Positions 42,174 to 53,175 of a stretch of 64,000 nucleotides of DNA are shown one piece after another. Both the position numbers and the translations under genes were made by a program. Position 1 is the first letter of the stretch. The number at the start of each line of letters is the position of its first letter. The DNA lies in NCBI GenBank assembly GCA_963691875.1, contig OY829846.1:1472001-1536000 (forward strand). The letters are read 5' to 3'. The notes beneath the pieces were generated by a model that searched no databases, had not been told where the DNA came from, and worked only from the letters and a program-made list of their open reading frames with translations. The stretch comes from Aureliella sp. Its GTDB lineage: Bacteria; Planctomycetota; Planctomycetia; Pirellulales; Pirellulaceae.

Positions 42174-42420
42174 GTCCAAGAGTCGTTTTTTGTGCCTGAA
42201 CTTTTTGAAGAAAAATCGGCAATCGCGGGAGCAGGCACCGCAAACAGAATCGTCAAAATCAAGATTCACTTGCGCTCAGCAAACTCCTAGAATGCCGGGG
42301 CTGTCTGTGCCCCAAGTGGATGGAGTGCTCAGGCACAGCATATCCCTCTATTGCTCCGGCATGCTGGCAATTCTGATGCTAGCTAGCTCCGGACAAATGT
42401 CGTTTCAAGGAGTGAACGTC

Positions 42421-43464
42421 ATGAGTCGCATCTTTCGCTTACGCCATACTTTGCCCGCTCGAGCAGTCTTTCCCGTTTGTCTTTTGCTCGCGATAGCCGG
42501 CTTGGTGATTGTTGCCAATAGCTGGGCGAAAGCAGATGAGCCAGGTGCTCATTGCCAGGAAGAGTTCCAGGCGAAGATGAACTCGATTGATCCTTATCAA
42601 CCGAATATTCAAGTGAAAGGAACGGTCAAAGTTTTTGGTTCAACGAGCATGGATGCAATGGCTCATGCCTGGGGAGCGAATTTCAGAAAGTTTCATCAGA
42701 ATGCAAAGGTCGAGATATCTGGCGCAGGCTCAGAAACGACTTTCGAGACGTTACTGAAGCATCCAACTGGTGTGGCTATGCTTTCGCGGCCGGTGTCTGA
42801 GCAAGAGCTAGCTGAACTGCAAAAGAAGGGCCTGAAGAAGCCAGTTGCATTCACGGTTGCCCGCGAGGCATTGGGCGTATTTGTGCACCCGCAAAACCCA
42901 GTCAAAACAATATCTGGCAAGCAGTTGCGATTGGTCTTTACCGAAGCAGCAAAAGGCCAAAAGGTAACATGGGGAATGCTAGGCGCATCGGGTGAATGGG
43001 CGAACAAAGAAGTACACGTTATTTCCCGAACTGCGACAAGCGGAACGCAGCGATACTTGCGTGACTTTATCTTCGCTGGCGCTCAAATGCGAGAGGGGGT
43101 TTCCCAGCATGTTTCGAACGCGGAGTTCATGAAGGTAATCCAGGCAGACGAACTTTCGATCGGAATCTGTGGGCTTGGTTGCAAGCATGACATGGTCAAG
43201 AGCTTGCAGCTGGTCGCCGGCGAAAAGGCCATCCCCAGTGACGACTACACGATTCTTACGAATCAGTATCCGTTGACTCGCTCCTTGGTGCTGCTTATCG
43301 ATATGGGGCAGACTGGAGTTGGCGCTATTGAGGCACAGGAGTTTGTTCACTACGCACTCTGCCGGACTGCACAACTCCACACGGTTATCGCAAGCTTCTA
43401 CCCTATAGATCCGCCGTTGCTGCGAGCAAGCCTTCAAAAGCTTGGCGCAAAACAAATACGATAG
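42421..43464 (+). CDS. PstS-family phosphate-binding periplasmic protein
   Basis: GSTSM, GAGSET, MLSRP, VFVHPQNP, SRTATSGT, YPLTR; AAGGAG RBS before ATG 42421. Confidence 0.85.
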   Translation: MSRIFRLRHTLPARAVFPVCLLLAIAGLVIVANSWAKADEPGAHCQEEFQAKMNSIDPYQPNIQVKGTVKVFGSTSMDAMAHAWGANFRKFHQNAKVEISGAGSETTFETLLKHPTGVAMLSRPVSEQELAELQKKGLKKPVAFTVAREALGVFVHPQNPVKTISGKQLRLVFTEAAKGQKVTWGMLGASGEWANKEVHVISRTATSGTQRYLRDFIFAGAQMREGVSQHVSNAEFMKVIQADELSIGICGLGCKHDMVKSLQLVAGEKAIPSDDYTILTNQYPLTRSLVLLIDMGQTGVGAIEAQEFVHYALCRTAQLHTVIASFYPIDPPLLRASLQKLGAKQIR

Positions 43465-43506
43465 CAGGCGTCGTTTCGAGCAGAGCAGACAACTTTTCGT
43501 TTCAGG

Positions 43507-44733
43507 ATGAGCAGCATGAACCCACGTCAGAAACGTTCGCTATGGCTGGACTCAGTCGCTTGGTTAGCAACTTGTGCTTCGGCGAAAGCTACTTCATTCT
43601 TACTGGCGATGACTATGACACTCTGGTCGCTAAACAGTTTCACTTTGGCTCAGAACGTCTGGGATGTGAATACACGACAGCGAGATACGGCCAGTGGTTT
43701 TCAGTCCGCTCGTTTGTGGCAAGGTTGGGACTGGCTGAGCAATCAGCAGGCTCATCCAGAATGGCAACTGGGCATTGAGACGCAAAATACGGCTACCGGC
43801 GTCTACATTAGGAGCGTAACGCCGGGTGGAGCGGCAAACCGAGCAAATATTGAGGCGCAGGACGTCATCGTTGCCGTGAATGGCTACCAAGTTGGATTGG
43901 TGGAGGATCGGTTGTACGATCTGAACGATGAGTTAAACGCACGTGCCGATGAGCGTGGCGTTGTTTCACTGTTGATTCAAGACCATCGCTCGCTCAGGCT
44001 GGCTCGCGTTCGAGTGCAGCTGCAAAAGAGTCGCCAAACGTTGCAAGGCAAAGTTGTCTTCCGTGGACCAGCCAGTTTGCCAGCTGATGCAATCGTCACG
44101 GTTCAAATCGACAACGCGTCTCGGAGCTACTATCAGGTGAGGCACGGCCAAACTTCTTTCCGTCCCAGCTCAAGCGAAATGCCATTTGAAATTGCCTACG
44201 ATCCAAGCTACATCGATCCCAATGACTATTATCAGGTACGAGCTTTTGTTACCCAAAATGGCCGAACCATCATGGACACGCCACAACCCGTCCGAGTGCT
44301 GACGCGGGGCAACCCATCAAATGTGTCGTTGGAACTAGCTTCATTTGCACCGCCGAGGGACAATAGGAGTGGGCCGATTATCGAGACGGGATTTCAGCGT
44401 CCCAGCCAAGTCGACGACCGCATCATTCAGATGTACAGACACTACCTAGGACACGACCCAAGTCCACTTCAGTTTGCTGCGCTCAAAGCGACTACCAACA
44501 TTGAGGACACTCTTCGGACCTTGCCTCTCGAGCTGATGGCAGCTCAAGAGTATTTCGATCGTGCGGGTAACAACAATCAAGTTTGGATTCGGGCCGTCTT
44601 TCAGGAAATCGTTGGCCGTCAAATCCGCGAGCAGGAATTGCTCCAGTGGCTGCGACGCTATGAAGAATTGCGTGGCTCAAGGACAGAGTTGCTAAGACAA
44701 CTAAGTGTGAGCAATTCGAAGGCGGATAGATAG
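43507..44733 (+). CDS. Secreted protein with PDZ domain, YbaY-like domain and helical C-terminal domain
   Basis: PDZ (LGI...GVYIRSVTPGGAANRANIEAQDVIVAVNG); YbaY-like (LQGKVVF..PASLPADAIVTVQI...PFEIAYDP..I..Y.VRA). Confidence 0.85.
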   Translation: MSSMNPRQKRSLWLDSVAWLATCASAKATSFLLAMTMTLWSLNSFTLAQNVWDVNTRQRDTASGFQSARLWQGWDWLSNQQAHPEWQLGIETQNTATGVYIRSVTPGGAANRANIEAQDVIVAVNGYQVGLVEDRLYDLNDELNARADERGVVSLLIQDHRSLRLARVRVQLQKSRQTLQGKVVFRGPASLPADAIVTVQIDNASRSYYQVRHGQTSFRPSSSEMPFEIAYDPSYIDPNDYYQVRAFVTQNGRTIMDTPQPVRVLTRGNPSNVSLELASFAPPRDNRSGPIIETGFQRPSQVDDRIIQMYRHYLGHDPSPLQFAALKATTNIEDTLRTLPLELMAAQEYFDRAGNNNQVWIRAVFQEIVGRQIREQELLQWLRRYEELRGSRTELLRQLSVSNSKADR

Positions 44734-45848
44734 GCTTAAGGCGAGTCAGAACTTGCCAGTTCAGATCCTTTGGAAGCAATTCTTCATTGCGCGAAAGCCC
44801 TCTCCGTTGGTCGAAGCAATTCTGCCGTCGCATTAAACTTTGAGGCGAATCGAAGCGTCAGCCGAAGATACCTTCGGTCCTCGCTGACGCTTCGGGTTAC
44901 GACTGGTCCGTGTCGCGGCGTTGGTTGTCCCACATCGGATATCAAATCTCTCGCGATCTCGTCCGTAACGACTATCGAAAGTACCGAAACCCAAAGCGAG
45001 CGTAAACGACTTGGGCTCTGGGAAACTTTCTCTGAACTATGGCAATCGCCTGGCTGCTGGTCCTGGCCATCTGCCAACGCTGGAAAACTTGAACATTCGG
45101 TGACATCGTTTCTACTGTCCAAAGCACTTGTGGCTTTCTGGGAGGTGGAATATCTATAGCTCGTTATGGAGTAAATGGGAGAGTTTGAGTACTAGGGGTC
45201 GCCATTGAATGAGCTAACCCCAAAGGCTATTCATTGATTTCCGCTAACGCCCAATTCGATGCAGCCCCATCGCGCCGTGGCTGATTGCGAAATACCAAGA
45301 AGCCGCCGAGTAGCAGTGGAGAAGTACGTCCCCAAGGTCAGCTTTGACGCTTTCGTGCGCCAGGATTTACTTGGCCAGCCTGGTCAGTGTTGCGTATGGC
45401 ATCCATCACTAGTTCTCCCATGAAATTGACTTGCGTGGAGAGCGAAAGTGTCTCTTCACAGCTGTCCCGGCATTTCTACTTGAGAATTCTGTGAATTTCC
45501 GGCTTCAACCAATCAGACGTCGGGCCGAATGGCATCCTTATAAGATATGGGCAGAATCCCGGGGAGCTCGGCAGGGAACAATCCTGTCGCTGAACCTGTG
45601 TAAATCGCGGAACAGTTCCGGCGTAACGCAGAACCAGCTGGTGAACCTCAATCGAAATGTCGTAACAGCGCCGTTCCTTTTCGCTCGTTGGAGCCTACGT
45701 GGAGGTTCCCAAAGGCGCGGGAGATTCCACGCGATTCGGGTCGCTTTGGGTTCCTAGCCGCGTCGCAAAACCGGCTGCCTTACGACGCATAGATATGTTA
45801 TACCCTCATAATTGAACCGCCCTTTTCAGGGATACTGGACTACGTTTG

Positions 45849-48164
45849 ATGACGTTCAAAGACCTTCAATCTGCCCGACCGCAGCAGCGATCCTGGAGTG
45901 GAATGATCTGGCTCTGCGTTGCATTCGCAATGCTTGACTTTGTCCTGATTCCTGTTTCGGCTAGCTCTAACTGGAGTGAGGCTCGAGTTATTTTTTTCGT
46001 ATTCCTACTTGGCTGCCAGCTTGGTCAAGCGGGGCTAATTACTCTGATTGCAAGTTGGAGCGGCAAGCGTTGGATTCAAGGTTTTGCTATCGGAACCGTG
46101 CTGAGCTTGTTTGTAGCAATGATCACTGGGCTTGGCGTATTCACCCAATCCAGAGTGGGGTTACCTGAAGGCGTCTGGGTCTTGTCTCTGCTTCCTTGCA
46201 TCTTATGCGTCTCTTCCTTCCCGTTCTGGGTAGTGAGGCTGTGGTCGCTACGGAGACTGACATTTGATTCAGATGGGCATGAGCTTCACGCTTTAACTAC
46301 TAAGGACTTTTTCCTCCTGACGTCCTTCATCGGAGTCTTGTTCTATCTCTTCTCGATCACGATTAATGCCTGGGAGCCTGCTGGATTGCAGATATGGGTA
46401 TCGCTGTATGGGGAGCAATTGGGTGCGCGCTGATTGGGTTAATTTTCTTTTTGCCGATGGGGATCATGGCTTTTAGTAGCAAGGAACCAGTGGCGGGATT
46501 GGGCTACCAATGCCTATATGCATTTTGTTTGCTACTTGCTGTTCTCGCATCCATGCGTACGGGCTCGCCACTAGGTCTAATATCGGTTGCAACCATGTTT
46601 CTCTTCGCCGGAGCAACGCTAAGCTTTGCGGGAGGATGCTGGGCTGTACGAAGTGCTGGCTTGCAGTGGCGCACCTCTTTGTTTACAGCTAAGCGAAAAG
46701 CAAAGATAACGCCACGAGTTTGCAACCCTTGGGATGAATCGATAGAACCGGAGGTAGGGGGAGCTGAAGATCCTGACTCCTTCACCGCAACGCATGATCC
46801 CGCCCCATCATGGGACTTTCCGAGCAAAGGCGAGAGAGTTCTTTCATGATTTGGGGGAAACCTGTTTTGCGGTTGCATTTCTGCTCATGTTTCCATTTTG
46901 CGGGGCAGTGGCGAGTTCCGAATTGGATTGGAAGCGGTTGGCGGAGGTTAAATCCTACTTCCGAGTTGGCCGACGAACGTTAGACAGTGGGGGCGAAGCC
47001 TTTGCGGAATGCCGCAGCGAGTTAGTGATCTTGCGTCTTGGGCCAGGAACAACCAAAGACGATCTCCTCGAGTTCCGGAGGAGCCACTTGCTGGAGGAAT
47101 TGGATTTGTCAGACACGCAAGTTGACGATCGAGTTCTGGAGAAGCTTCCACCGTTGATGGGACCAAGCACTCAGAACACGCCTTTACTCCGGATAGAGTC
47201 AGCGATCTCGCGAGTCATTTTCAACCGGAGTCTGTTGATATTTCAGGTGTCTTCGTTCAGTAGGATCAGTTGTTCAAGATCCTCCATGCGTCTGAGCGGC
47301 TACAGCACATTGACATCAGTGATCGTGGACTTGGATTCAAAGAACTGCAGGTCCTCTGGAATGCATGTCAATTTGAGTCGCACCCAAATAACCGCCCTGC
47401 CGGCAGATCCGGGCAATGCGTTTTACAGTTACGGGAAGCCATAGCAGGGCCCACTGGGGCAATCCACAGATCGCAAGAATCCGAGTCTTCGTCGAAGCCG
47501 GATGGTCCAATTCTCGCCGCAAACCCGAGATCAAACCCCGTGGCTTCGTCACCTCTTCTATCAACCAATCTGTCGCTCGTTGGTCAAATCTGCGTTTGCA
47601 AGTTCATTCTTGTCGAATCGCATCCGAGAATTATTCGAAAGTCGATTCCTTGTCCTTAAGGCATAGCTCGATCCCATCATCCACCGATACCCTTTCTGCA
47701 TCCCTGGGGCGATAAATGCGGGAATGCCAAGTGATAATACTGCCGCTCTACGCAAGCCAGGACTGTGCGTGGGAGCCCTCTGTGAGCCCGACGAGTCTGC
47801 TGTCGATGCCCCTTCGAATGACGCGTGAGGTTTGTTCAGCCGAAGGCTCTGATTCCATCGAATTTGAGGTGATGCCGTAGATTGGATCGAACAGCGGACC
47901 GACGTCGCCTTCAAACATGTAACTCTCTGTTTCTCAAATGAACTCGACTCTGTTGCATGGGAGAAGCAAATCTCTGTGGGCGTCTTGCAACTGCAATCCG
48001 AGCCAAAGCTCGACACTCGCAATCCGATTGAGTCTTGTTGGATTGAGATGGGGCTCGAATACCAAGTGCTACATTTGCATGGCTAATATTAGCTGTGCGA
48101 AGTAAGCAAATCGCAAAGAAGTACGGACGGCAAGATATTGACAACCTACAGGCTGCCAAGTTGA
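45849..48164 (+). pseudogene. Multiply frameshifted membrane protein / leucine-rich-repeat gene
   Basis: Consecutive overlapping fragments in different frames: TM bundles (45849-46433, 46394-46849), then LRR motifs LEELDLSDTQVDD, LQHIDISDRGL and VNLSRTQIT; 3' end approximate. Confidence 0.7.
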
Positions 48165-48605
48165 AAAAAAGTCGGAAAATCCGTCGCTCAGCAAGGCAAC
48201 CATATCAAAGCCCGTCTGCCAATCTCTGACAGTTGACGATATATTGGAGGTCGTGGAACTTTTTCGCGCATGAATGGCCTCCATGGAATGGAATCGCGTT
48301 AGCTTTTCGGCCAAACCGCGGGTGAGAACAGCAGGTGGAGTGTGGAACATAGCTTCAGACAGCCGACTAGCACCCCCTTTCGTGAGCAGTCACCCTAGAT
48401 GCTCTCGGGACGCCAGCGAAGCCGAGATCAAGAGCCCCTTCTTGTCCTCGGATCTCACGTGCGATAGGTGCACTGGATCCTACGCGGTTTTGTTTCACGC
48501 AGCCTGCAAGTGCGGTCGAACTATCCAACAAGGCTGGTTCTGATAGGGCCATCTGGCAGGTCTTGAAAAGACCCTCTGACTTTTTTGTACAGAAATCGAT
48601 CTCGG

Positions 48606-49514
48606 ATGAGCGACGTTGCAACAAATTTTTTTGCTCGGAATGAATTCCTTATTCGGCGGCTTCACTCGTTGAGTGGTCTGGTTCCTGTAGGAGCCTACAT
48701 GACTGTTCACTTGGTAGTGAACTCTTCGCTGATGAATGGAGCAAATTCCTTCCAGTCAAATGTGAATCAGATTCATTCCCTCGGAAGCTTATTGCCGCTG
48801 GTAGAGTGGACGACGATCTTCCTACCAATCATATTCCACGCAGTGGTCGGGATCTGGATCGTTAAGAGCGGCAAGTCGAATCATCAGAACTATAAGTACT
48901 TTGCGAACTGGCGGTACACGGTTCAGCGGTGGACGGGCGTCATTGCAGTTCTCTTCATCTTCGGGCACGTTTTCCACCTCCATGGTTGGTTCCACAACGA
49001 GTGGTGGCTGACGACTGTCGCAGAGCCACTTGGCATGGCTCAGTTTCGCGCCTACAACGCAGCAAGCTCTCTTGCTTCTGCGATGTCAGGTTTTGTTTGG
49101 CCAGCGTTCTATCTCGTTGGAATCGTTTCCTGCGTTTTCCACTTTGCCAACGGCGTGTGGACAATGGGAATCACTTGGGGGGTTTGGATTAGCCCTCGGG
49201 CTCAGCGTTACGCCAGCTATGTGTGTGCAACTGGTGGTAGCGTACTTTTGATGATCGGCCTGACTGCACTGGCCGCAGTACTCACGACGGATATTGAAGA
49301 AGCAAAGTCGATCGAAGACAGGATGTATAACGCCAAGGTGGCTTCTGGTGAGTTGACGCCGAACCCGCACAAGCGCTCCGAAGACGAACACCAGAAACCC
49401 GAATCGGCTACTGGCGATGACGCCGAAACTGAGGAGCAGCCAGAGCAACCGGCAAACCCTCAGGCAACGGTTGCTGAGGCGGCCTCTGAGAAGATGGCGT
49501 CAAAGTCTGACTAG
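48606..49514 (+). CDS. sdhC: Succinate dehydrogenase cytochrome b558 subunit
   Basis: RRLHSLSGLVPVG, PIIFHA, QRWTG...HV, FHFANG.WT...WG heme His motifs; first gene of sdhCAB. Confidence 0.95.
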   Translation: MSDVATNFFARNEFLIRRLHSLSGLVPVGAYMTVHLVVNSSLMNGANSFQSNVNQIHSLGSLLPLVEWTTIFLPIIFHAVVGIWIVKSGKSNHQNYKYFANWRYTVQRWTGVIAVLFIFGHVFHLHGWFHNEWWLTTVAEPLGMAQFRAYNAASSLASAMSGFVWPAFYLVGIVSCVFHFANGVWTMGITWGVWISPRAQRYASYVCATGGSVLLMIGLTALAAVLTTDIEEAKSIEDRMYNAKVASGELTPNPHKRSEDEHQKPESATGDDAETEEQPEQPANPQATVAEAASEKMASKSD

Positions 49515-49576
49515 CGTCCGACATTCACCCGTAGATACCCCCGAACTGAAGAACCGTTTCTTTTACTGAGAATTCC

Positions 49577-51559
49577 ATGGCAAGTCAGAGAGTAGTAGTG
49601 GTTGGTGGTGGATTGGCTGGATTAGCGGCCACCATGAAGTTGTGTGAATTGGGGATTCCGGTTGACCTTCTCAGCCTCACGCCAGTAAAACGATCTCACA
49701 GTGTCTGTGCTCAAGGCGGGATCAACAGTTGCAACGACCAGACTCGACAGCTCGGTGACTCAGAGTGGAAGCACTTCGACGACACGGTTTACGGCGGTGA
49801 CTTCTTACAGCACCAGCCACCTGTCAAAGAGATGGCTTATTGGGCTCCGAAAGTCATCGACTTGATGGATCGTCTTGGAGTGACGTTTAACCGGACTCAA
49901 GAAGGCTTTTTGGATCGTCGTCGTTTTGGTGGCACTCTCTATAAGCGTACTGCCTTTGCTGGTGCGACCACTGGTCAGCAGTTACTTTACGCACTCGACG
50001 AGCAAGTGCGTCGTTGGGAATCGCAAGGGATGGTTCGCAAGTTCGAGTTTTGGGATTTCCTCGGGCCAGTTCAAGATGAAGCCGGGCGTTGCGTTGGTGC
50101 TGTCGCTCAGGACATGGTTTCCATGCAACTTCGTTCCTTCCCTGCGGATGCAACCATCGTTGCAACCGGAGGTTGCGGATTGCTCTATGGTCGGTCGACG
50201 ATGTCGGTCTTCTGCAATGGCTCTGCTGCAAGCCGCTGTTTCCAAGCGGGAGCCAAGTACGGAAACGCGGAGTTCATTCAAGTTCACCCCACTGCGATTC
50301 CTGGCGCCGACAAGTTGCGTTTGATGAGCGAGTCAGCTCGCGGCGAAGGTGGTCGTGTGTGGGTACCTCGCACTCCGCAGGATTCTCGTCCGCCGAAGCA
50401 GATTCCTGAAGACGAGCGGTACTACTTTCTGGAAGAACGGTATCCCGAATACGGCAACTTGGTGCCGCGTGACATCGCGACGAGAGAGATCTTTGACATT
50501 TGCGTCAATGAAGGACTCAGTGTAGAAGCCGGTCGCATGTGCGTTTACTTAGATCTGACTCACATTTCCCGCTCGGAGCTCGATCGCAAGCTAGGCGGCA
50601 TCTTGGAGATCTACGAGAAGTTCCAAGGCGTTGACCCACGGGACGTTCCGATGAAGATCTTCCCGGCTGTTCACTACTCGATGGGTGGTCTTTGGGCCGA
50701 CTATGCTAAGGCGGCCGATGGTGGTCTGGACCCAGGCAATCCACTCAACCAGTCGACGAACCTCGAAGGTCTTTATGCCATCGGTGAGTGCGACTATCAG
50801 TACCACGGTGGGAATCGCCTGGGAGCGAATTCGCTGCTCAGTTGCATTTTCACAGGGCTGTTCGTCGGTCCGGGCATCCAAAACTATATCAAGAATCAGA
50901 AGTCCGCGGCGAGCGAGCTTGCTCCAGAAATGTTTGAGGGTGCGATTCGCAAGCAAGAAGAACGGCATTCAGCGCTATTGAGTGGTGATGGCGGGGAGAA
51001 TCCGTATCTTATTCACCAGCAACTCGGTGACATCATGACGAAAGCAGCTACCGTCGTGCGACGCAACTCGCAGCTCGACGAGGCTTACCGAATCGTTGAT
51101 GACTTGCATCAAAAGGCAAGAAATTGTTCACTTTCGGATTCCGGCAGCTGGTCGAATCAAAATGTAATCTTCACTAAAGCATTGCAAGACATGTTCCCGA
51201 TCGCCAAGTCGATTTTGAAGGGAGCTCGGCAACGCGATGAATGCCGCGGTGCTCACTTCAAGCCCGATTTTGCTCGTTCAAGTCTGACGGAAACAGATCC
51301 GGCTGCTCGGCGGAAAGAGGCTGAGAAGTGGTGTGACGAGTTCCAAGCGAACAATGATCGCTTCTTGAAGTCATCCGTCGCGTCTTATGATGGAAACGAT
51401 CCAACAGTCGACTACGAAGATGTCGATACCTCAATCATTCCGCCGCGTCCTAGACTCTATGGTCTTGTAGGCGGCGAAGTGATTGAAGAAGTATGGAAAG
51501 AACGTGGTGCGAAGCAGCAGAATGCTGCGGAAACGCCTGCTGCCGCGTCGCAGGTTTAG
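49577..51559 (+). CDS. sdhA: Succinate dehydrogenase flavoprotein subunit
   Basis: GGGLAG, RSHSVCAQGGIN (covalent FAD His), QVHPT, SESARGEGG, HYSMGG, HGGNRLGANSL. Confidence 0.97.
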   Translation: MASQRVVVVGGGLAGLAATMKLCELGIPVDLLSLTPVKRSHSVCAQGGINSCNDQTRQLGDSEWKHFDDTVYGGDFLQHQPPVKEMAYWAPKVIDLMDRLGVTFNRTQEGFLDRRRFGGTLYKRTAFAGATTGQQLLYALDEQVRRWESQGMVRKFEFWDFLGPVQDEAGRCVGAVAQDMVSMQLRSFPADATIVATGGCGLLYGRSTMSVFCNGSAASRCFQAGAKYGNAEFIQVHPTAIPGADKLRLMSESARGEGGRVWVPRTPQDSRPPKQIPEDERYYFLEERYPEYGNLVPRDIATREIFDICVNEGLSVEAGRMCVYLDLTHISRSELDRKLGGILEIYEKFQGVDPRDVPMKIFPAVHYSMGGLWADYAKAADGGLDPGNPLNQSTNLEGLYAIGECDYQYHGGNRLGANSLLSCIFTGLFVGPGIQNYIKNQKSAASELAPEMFEGAIRKQEERHSALLSGDGGENPYLIHQQLGDIMTKAATVVRRNSQLDEAYRIVDDLHQKARNCSLSDSGSWSNQNVIFTKALQDMFPIAKSILKGARQRDECRGAHFKPDFARSSLTETDPAARRKEAEKWCDEFQANNDRFLKSSVASYDGNDPTVDYEDVDTSIIPPRPRLYGLVGGEVIEEVWKERGAKQQNAAETPAAASQV

Positions 51560-51623
51560 GCTGGCACGCCGACAGCTGTTCGTAAAACACAAGATACTTA
51601 ACCTTAGATTTTTGAGAATCGAT

Positions 51624-52499
51624 ATGAGTACTACGGAAGCAAACGACGCTGGAACTCAGGAACAAGAAGTCGCACGTCCGGCTACGATTAATGTACGTGT
51701 CTTGCGTCAAGAGGGTCCTGGTCTGCCATCGTACTGGGAGCGGCACCAAGTCTCGTATGACGAGAACATGAATGTCATTAGCGTTCTACAGCGTATCGCG
51801 GCGAACGCACAGACTGTCGACGGCAAGGAAGTTCCTCCGGTCGCTTGGGATTGCGGCTGTTTGGAAGAGGTTTGCGGCTCTTGCACGATGGTGATCAACG
51901 GGAGTGTTCGTCAAAGTTGTTCGGCTTTGGTCGATCGATTGCTCGAAGAGAGTCCGAACGAGATCGAACTGCGTCCTATGACCAAGTTTCCCGTCATTCG
52001 AGATTTGGTCATCGATCGCTCACGCCTGTTCTCTGGCTTAAAGCGTGTTCAAGCTTGGGTTCCCGCGGACAGCTACTATGACATGGGGCCTGGTCCGACA
52101 CAGTCGCGTTCGGCGCAAGAAGAAGCCTATCCGCTAAGCCAGTGCATGAGCTGCGGCTGCTGCTTGGAGGCCTGTCCACAGTATCAGAAGATCGAGCTTA
52201 GTCGTCATCCCGGCGAAACGGATGAAGAATTCGAGGCCCGTAAGCAAGAGGCACATGACGATGCGTTCCTTGGGGCCGCTCCGATAAACCAAGCTGTTCT
52301 GTTCAACGCTCATCCAACAGGCAAAAACCTGAAGGACGAACGGATGGAGGTTTTGACAGGGCCTGGTGGTGTCGCAGCTTGCGGCAATGCTCAGAACTGC
52401 GTGGCAGTCTGTCCGAAAGAAATCCCTTTAACCACGTCGATTGGCAAAGCCGGCCGTGCTGCCACAGTGCATTCGCTCAAGAAAATGTTCGATCGATAG
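51624..52499 (+). CDS. sdhB: Succinate dehydrogenase iron-sulfur subunit
   Basis: CLEEVCGSC, CMSCGCCLEACP, CGNAQNCVAVCPK; ATG 51624. Confidence 0.97.
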   Translation: MSTTEANDAGTQEQEVARPATINVRVLRQEGPGLPSYWERHQVSYDENMNVISVLQRIAANAQTVDGKEVPPVAWDCGCLEEVCGSCTMVINGSVRQSCSALVDRLLEESPNEIELRPMTKFPVIRDLVIDRSRLFSGLKRVQAWVPADSYYDMGPGPTQSRSAQEEAYPLSQCMSCGCCLEACPQYQKIELSRHPGETDEEFEARKQEAHDDAFLGAAPINQAVLFNAHPTGKNLKDERMEVLTGPGGVAACGNAQNCVAVCPKEIPLTTSIGKAGRAATVHSLKKMFDR

Positions 52500-52689
52500 G
52501 AAGTTCGCGTTGGGACATCACTACCCGAAGCATCAGCGAGCAATGCTGCGTCGCTCCAGTCAGCCATTCGGCAGTTGCGTGTCTTCCCCTCGATCTCTGA
52601 GTTCAACGAGACTTTATCGAAGATTCGCAGCTATACTCCTGGAGAGTGACTGTGCGAAGGGAGAGCAATTGGCTGGATGTTGGCTTTAC

Positions 52690-53166
52690 CTATTCTTCGC
52701 TTGAAGAATGGTCATGTACGATTAGCCACTTGTGATCATCGAAGCGACGCCAGATAAGCGAGAAATTCCCTTGAGCAGGTTTTGCTCGCCTCAAATGCCA
52801 ACGTCCTAACATCAACGCGGCATCTTCTCCAAGCATTTCTACCTCAAGATCGCTGAAGGTAAGTTTTCCCATCGTCGCCGCATCTGGATAGTTTTTCTTG
52901 TAACGATCTCGGGTCGTCTTCCAGCCTCGATACGTCTTGCCGCCTGAACTGAAACTCAACTTCTCACTGTTCCAGTAGGCGGTCATGAACTCGTCGATAT
53001 CGCCTTCGTTCCAAGCCACCGCTTGGGTCTGCACGATGTCAATTAGCATTTCGCCAACTCGCTTAGCGGCATCGTCAGTTTGCGCAATGCTATCGGAAAG
53101 CGAAAACGGGATGAAAACAATGCACAAACCAAACATGAAAAGTGTAAGTTGACTTAGGCGTGACAT
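52690..53166 (-). CDS. Secreted NTF2-like (DUF4440/YybH-like) protein
   Basis: Signal peptide; AWNEGDIDEFM..YW, MGKLTF, GNFSLIW, W.IVHDHSS. Confidence 0.88.
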   Translation of the reverse strand: MSRLSQLTLFMFGLCIVFIPFSLSDSIAQTDDAAKRVGEMLIDIVQTQAVAWNEGDIDEFMTAYWNSEKLSFSSGGKTYRGWKTTRDRYKKNYPDAATMGKLTFSDLEVEMLGEDAALMLGRWHLRRAKPAQGNFSLIWRRFDDHKWLIVHDHSSSEE

Positions 53167-53175
53167 GCTATTCCT

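Noticed and set aside
44740..45780. Short ORFs on both strands between the PDZ gene and the LRR pseudogene
   Set aside because: Possibly a decayed gene, but no family motif could be recovered
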